Shown here: positions 60,423 through 64,000 of the stretch, piece after piece
Position numbering within the stretch: position 1 is the stretch's first letter
Layout of the letters: every line of letters begins with the position of its first letter
Source: Coniocarpon cinnabarinum
Taxonomy: Eukaryota
Direction of reading: 5' to 3'
DNA: 64,000 bases
Assembly (NCBI GenBank): GCA_051942205.1
Contig: JAVECO010000069.1
Span: 1-64,000, forward strand
Notes under the pieces: model-generated
Told to the model about the DNA's origin: nothing
Database searches by the model: none
The model's input: only the letters and a program-made list of their open reading frames with translations
Position numbers and translations under genes: made by a program

Positions 60423-61844
60423 ATGCAGAGCGCACGCGTGGCCACGAGAATTCTCCCCATCAAACACTCACCCCCGCTGCAGAGCCCCGTCCGCAGCATG
60501 GCCACGGTCAGCAGCAACTCCAGCTCGCTGGTACACCCATCGACGACGTCGCCCACGCCCATCCGCCTTGCCGTCCTCCACCAATCCCTGACGCCGCCGC
60601 TGCTCAATGGGGTCTGCAAGCCCGCGAAGCCCGGCGGGTACAAGGACTCGGGCTCAGACATCGCACACGTCCTCTCCCAGTCGTCAAACATCGACGTCCT
60701 CACCCCGGTCGACCGGCCCGACCCGACGAACCAAGATCACTGGACCTTTCCAGAGGATGCCGGCGGGCTCCTCGACGCCGTCAAGAAGGGCGCCACGCAC
60801 GTCTGGGCCAATGTCCACACGTACACGTCGCATCCCCTGCAGACCTCCGGCGTGCTCGAGGACGTGCAGCAAGCGCTCATGGTCGTCGGCCAGCCGCCTC
60901 GCCTCGCCGACTGGGCAGACGACAAGGCCTGGTTCGGCGAGTACCTGCGCAGCCGGGCCGCGGAGCTCGACCTGGCGCCGCCCCGGGCGAAGCTCGTCAG
61001 TCGCCAGCGCAACGTCACGGCGCAGCTCGAGCAGGCCATCGCGCAGCTGGGCATGCCCCTGATTGTGAAACCGCCACGTGGGCGCGGCAGTTCTGGCGTC
61101 GCGCGCTGTGACACGCAGGGCGAGCTCCGCAAGCACGTGGACACGCTGCTCAACGACGGCGAGAGCGTCATCGTCGAGGAATACATGCCCGGAGAGGAGG
61201 GCACCGTGGCCGTTTTGCCCCCTCGACCGGGCGACCCTCACAGCGAGTATCGAGCCTTGCCCTTTGTGCAGCGCTTCGACCACACGGATGGCGTCATGGC
61301 CTACTCGGGCAAGACGCCGGTGAGCGTCAATTCGCGCGCGCTCACCCTGCAGGAGATCCAGGCCGACCAGAACTATGGCGACATCATGCGGCAGTGTGAG
61401 GTGGTGGCGGGCTTGCTGCAGGCCACGGCGCCCATTCGCATCGATGTCAGGCGGGCGGCCGATAGGAGGTTCAGGGTGTTTGATGTCAATCTCAAACCGG
61501 TAAGTCTCGCCATAGGGAGCAATCCGCCCATCTATTAGACTGCAGGCATGAGGCGCTAACGATGTTGAAAATAGAACTACACTGGTCCAGGCCGGCCAGG
61601 CAGAGACGACCAGATGAACCTGATGGGGCTAGGTGCGGCGTCGCTGGGCTGGAGCTACTCGCGATTCCTGCACGAATGTTTGGCTAGGGCGCGGCCGTTG
61701 GCTCAGCTCAGGCGAATGGGCGGCCATTTCAACGGCACGGTCGGAGAACGTGTGGCGGAGAAAAAGGTGAGCACGGCGGACGGCTTTGCGGAGGACTTAC
61801 ACTTAGACGACGCGCCCCTGGCGGGAATGCGAGCATTTGCATGA
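60423..61844 (+). CDS. ATP-grasp fold enzyme (D-Ala-D-Ala ligase-like), 448 aa, substrate unknown
   Basis: Motifs DDKAW, PLIVKPPRGRGSSGV, IVEEYMPGEEGTV, IRIDVR and FDVNLKPN(Y)TGPGRPGR across intron 61500-61574. Confidence 0.85.
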
Positions 61845-62105
61845 GGAAAAGTGGTGGTCATTTGGCGATGTACGGTAGTCATGGGCGGCGTTTTAATATG
61901 GTTTTTGTCATATGCATTGTCTAAAAGCAATGAATTGGCGTGATGCCGTTGATGATTATGAATGCCGTCTACTTGGATTTGATTGTTTGAGTGGTCGGAG
62001 AGAAGCCTATGAGAATGGACGTGGTGGGTGCGTGGACAGCAGTGAAGAAGTGATTAGTCACGTGATCAAAAAGACTTCTGTACTCCGGAGCTCGACCGGA
62101 GATAT

Positions 62106-62117
62106 AGTCACGTGACT
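62106..62117. promoter_or_regulatory. Palindromic E-box AGTCACGTGACT (bHLH/Cbf1-type site); second copy GTCACGTGAT at 62057-62066
   Basis: Perfect 12-bp palindrome upstream of BST1. CACGTG is also seen at about 8221, 46878 and 51168 in promoter regions. Confidence 0.45.
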
Positions 62118-62377
62118 GTGTCGCCAGCCCTAGGAGAATTGGGGAGAGGCGAGAAAAGTGGAAACACGCGTCCGTCGGGTGATGATTGGACGAGCAAGTC
62201 CAAGTGGGATCGCCGCTACTGCATGCGAGCGCTCGCCAGCAATATCTGGAGGTGCCCTTGGATGACCTACTCGGATGGCGTCTGCTTCTGCTTCACCATT
62301 GCCGATTTTACCGTCTGCTCTTGTCCTCTTCAACACTCCGGTCTGAGCACCGCCTGCTCCATCCTGCGCCCCCTCGG

Positions 62378-62401
62378 CCTCCTCCTCCTCCTCCTCCTCC
62401 T
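62378..62401. repeat. (CCT)8 microsatellite
   Basis: Eight tandem CCT units upstream of BST1. Confidence 0.9.
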
Positions 62402-62634
62402 CCACGACCCTTGCCGTCACTCGTTCTGTCTAAGCACCCGCACATCCAACTGTCGTTACAGATCCTCGCGCATCACATCAACCCCCTTACACTTCACCAC
62501 TGACCCTGGCGCATCACCTGTTCTTTTATCCCGCACCGCTTGACTAATGCTAATTCCCGCCTCCACTGCTAATCAATGACCCTCCTCAGTCACTGCTCCC
62601 GCTCCGCGACGTCTGCTGGCAACCCACGCCGCAG

Positions 62635-64000
62635 ATGACACCAGCAGCAGCAGCACCGCCCTCAAACACCGACGGCCCTTCCCTTCCATCCCCTTCTTCA
62701 CCACACAAAGCTGCGAACAACAGCAGGACCGCAAATGGAGCTTTTCCAGATCCTCGGAGGCATGCCTCTGTCCACAACACCGGTGTCAGACCCAGGAAAA
62801 GCGGTGACGAATTAGGCAAACTGCCAGAAAAACAAACGTGGATCGAGCCCTTGGCCAAGCCAACACTTGCTTCAAGCAACTATGAACACAAGAATTCCAA
62901 CGATGGAGACATCTCGCCTCACTCGCAACGGAGACGCGCCAAATTGCGGAGTCCATGGGCGTGTTCCACCCTCACCTGTCTTGCCTCTCTGCTCGCCGCC
63001 GTCCTCGCCACTGTGATAGCACGCTCATATCTCACTCGACAGCTTGACCCCAAAGGCGCTGCCATGTCGTACATGCGCCCAAGCTTTGTCAGATTTCCTG
63101 AATTTGACACGGAGCACACGCGTTTCGCGAGCAAGTATTCGCTCTACTTATATCGTGAGGGTGGCATAGATGAGGATCCGAGAGTAGGGCATGCACAACG
63201 AACCTCCAAGCATCATTGCTAACCAAGCCGCAGGTGAAAGGTATCCCTGCGCTTTTCATACCTGGCAACGCCGGGAGCTACAAACAAGTTCGGCCGGTTG
63301 CTGCGGGAGCGGCGGTCTACTTTCAAGAGCAGTTGTCGTCTGACGATGAGGCAATGGGACTTGGCAAACGGCCTCTGGATTTCTTCACAGTGGATTTCAA
63401 TGAAGACATTACAGCTTTTCATGGGCAAACCATGTTAGACCAAGCCGAGTACCTCAATGAAGCTGTCGCATACATTCTGGCTCTTTACCACAGCCCCAGT
63501 CGTTCCCTGCGCGATCCTGATCTGCCGGACCCGACGTCTGTAATCATCCTGGGCCATTCAATGGGAGGCATTGTTGCTCGGACTATGCTTACCATGCCGA
63601 ACTACCAGGCCAACTCTATCAACACCATCATCACGCTGGCGGCTCCCCATGCTCGTCCACCTGTATCGTTCGATGCCGACATCGTGCGTACGTATAAGAC
63701 CATCAACGACTTCTGGAGACATTCTTACTCTCAGACACGCCGTGAGCAGAACCCCTTGGCGGGCGTGGCCCTGATTTCCATTGCAGGCGGTGGCCTCGAT
63801 ACCATTGTGCCGTCTGACTATGCGACTTTGGCATCTCTGGTCCCACCTACAAATGGCTTTACGGTCTTCACATCCACAATACCTCGTGTGTGGACTGGAA
63901 TGGACCATCTGGCGATTACTTGGTGCGACCAATTACGCAAGAGCATAGCACGCGCACTTTATGACGTTATTGATGCTTCTAGGCCAAATCAAACGAGGGT
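62635..64000 (+). CDS. BST1: GPI inositol-deacylase Bst1/PGAP1 (5' part; continues beyond the window; start uncertain)
   Basis: TM segment, then MSYMRPSF and KYSLYLYREG. After intron 63184-63233 come FIPGNAGSYKQVR, DFNEDITAFHG and the nucleophile motif GHSMGG. Confidence 0.92.

Noticed and set aside
59461..61323. Long antisense or alternate-frame ORFs over the MRJP and ATP-grasp genes (similar ones over EFT2, CSF1 and MDH1)
   Set aside because: These are shadow ORFs expected from GC-rich codon bias in the real genes.
62635..64000. CSF1 and BST1 as a GPI-related cluster
   Set aside because: They are about 44 kb apart with many unrelated genes between them.
1..64000. tRNA, rRNA, CRISPR arrays, telomere repeats, intact transposase/RT, or secondary-metabolite backbone genes
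   Set aside because: None were recognised by eye. Small RNAs could have been missed without covariance-model searches.

Overview
Eukaryotic, intron-containing genomic DNA from a filamentous ascomycete (Pezizomycotina; GT-AG introns of about 50-130 nt with CTRAY-type branch points). The first ~1 kb is an extremely AT-rich, TpA-rich block that looks like a repeat degraded by repeat-induced point mutation (RIP). About 20 genes follow. The conserved core includes palmitoyl-protein thioesterase, a Ctk2-like cyclin, eEF2, a 3204-aa Csf1, TMEM184/Hfl1, carnitine acetyltransferase, mitochondrial MDH, Medusa/MedA, a DSP-fold protein, GH125, a PH-domain protein, the GATA factor AreB, SRP68 and Bst1. 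A more accessory-looking block at 51.4-61.8 kb holds a HeLo-like/NACHT/ankyrin NLR, an amino-acid permease, an F-box protein, an MRJP protein and an ATP-grasp enzyme. The top observation is in the NLR-like gene. It appears to have a premature TAG and a frameshift, but both disappear if 52475-52819 is a nested [D1,2] spliceosomal twin intron (stwintron), giving an intact 856-aa ORF. Other notable points are dual-targeting signals in CAT2, alternative N-termini of AreB, a DSP lacking its catalytic Arg, and a GATACCC motif array downstream of medA. All exon models were built by hand and checked for reading frame. Family assignments come from recalled motifs, not from database searches.
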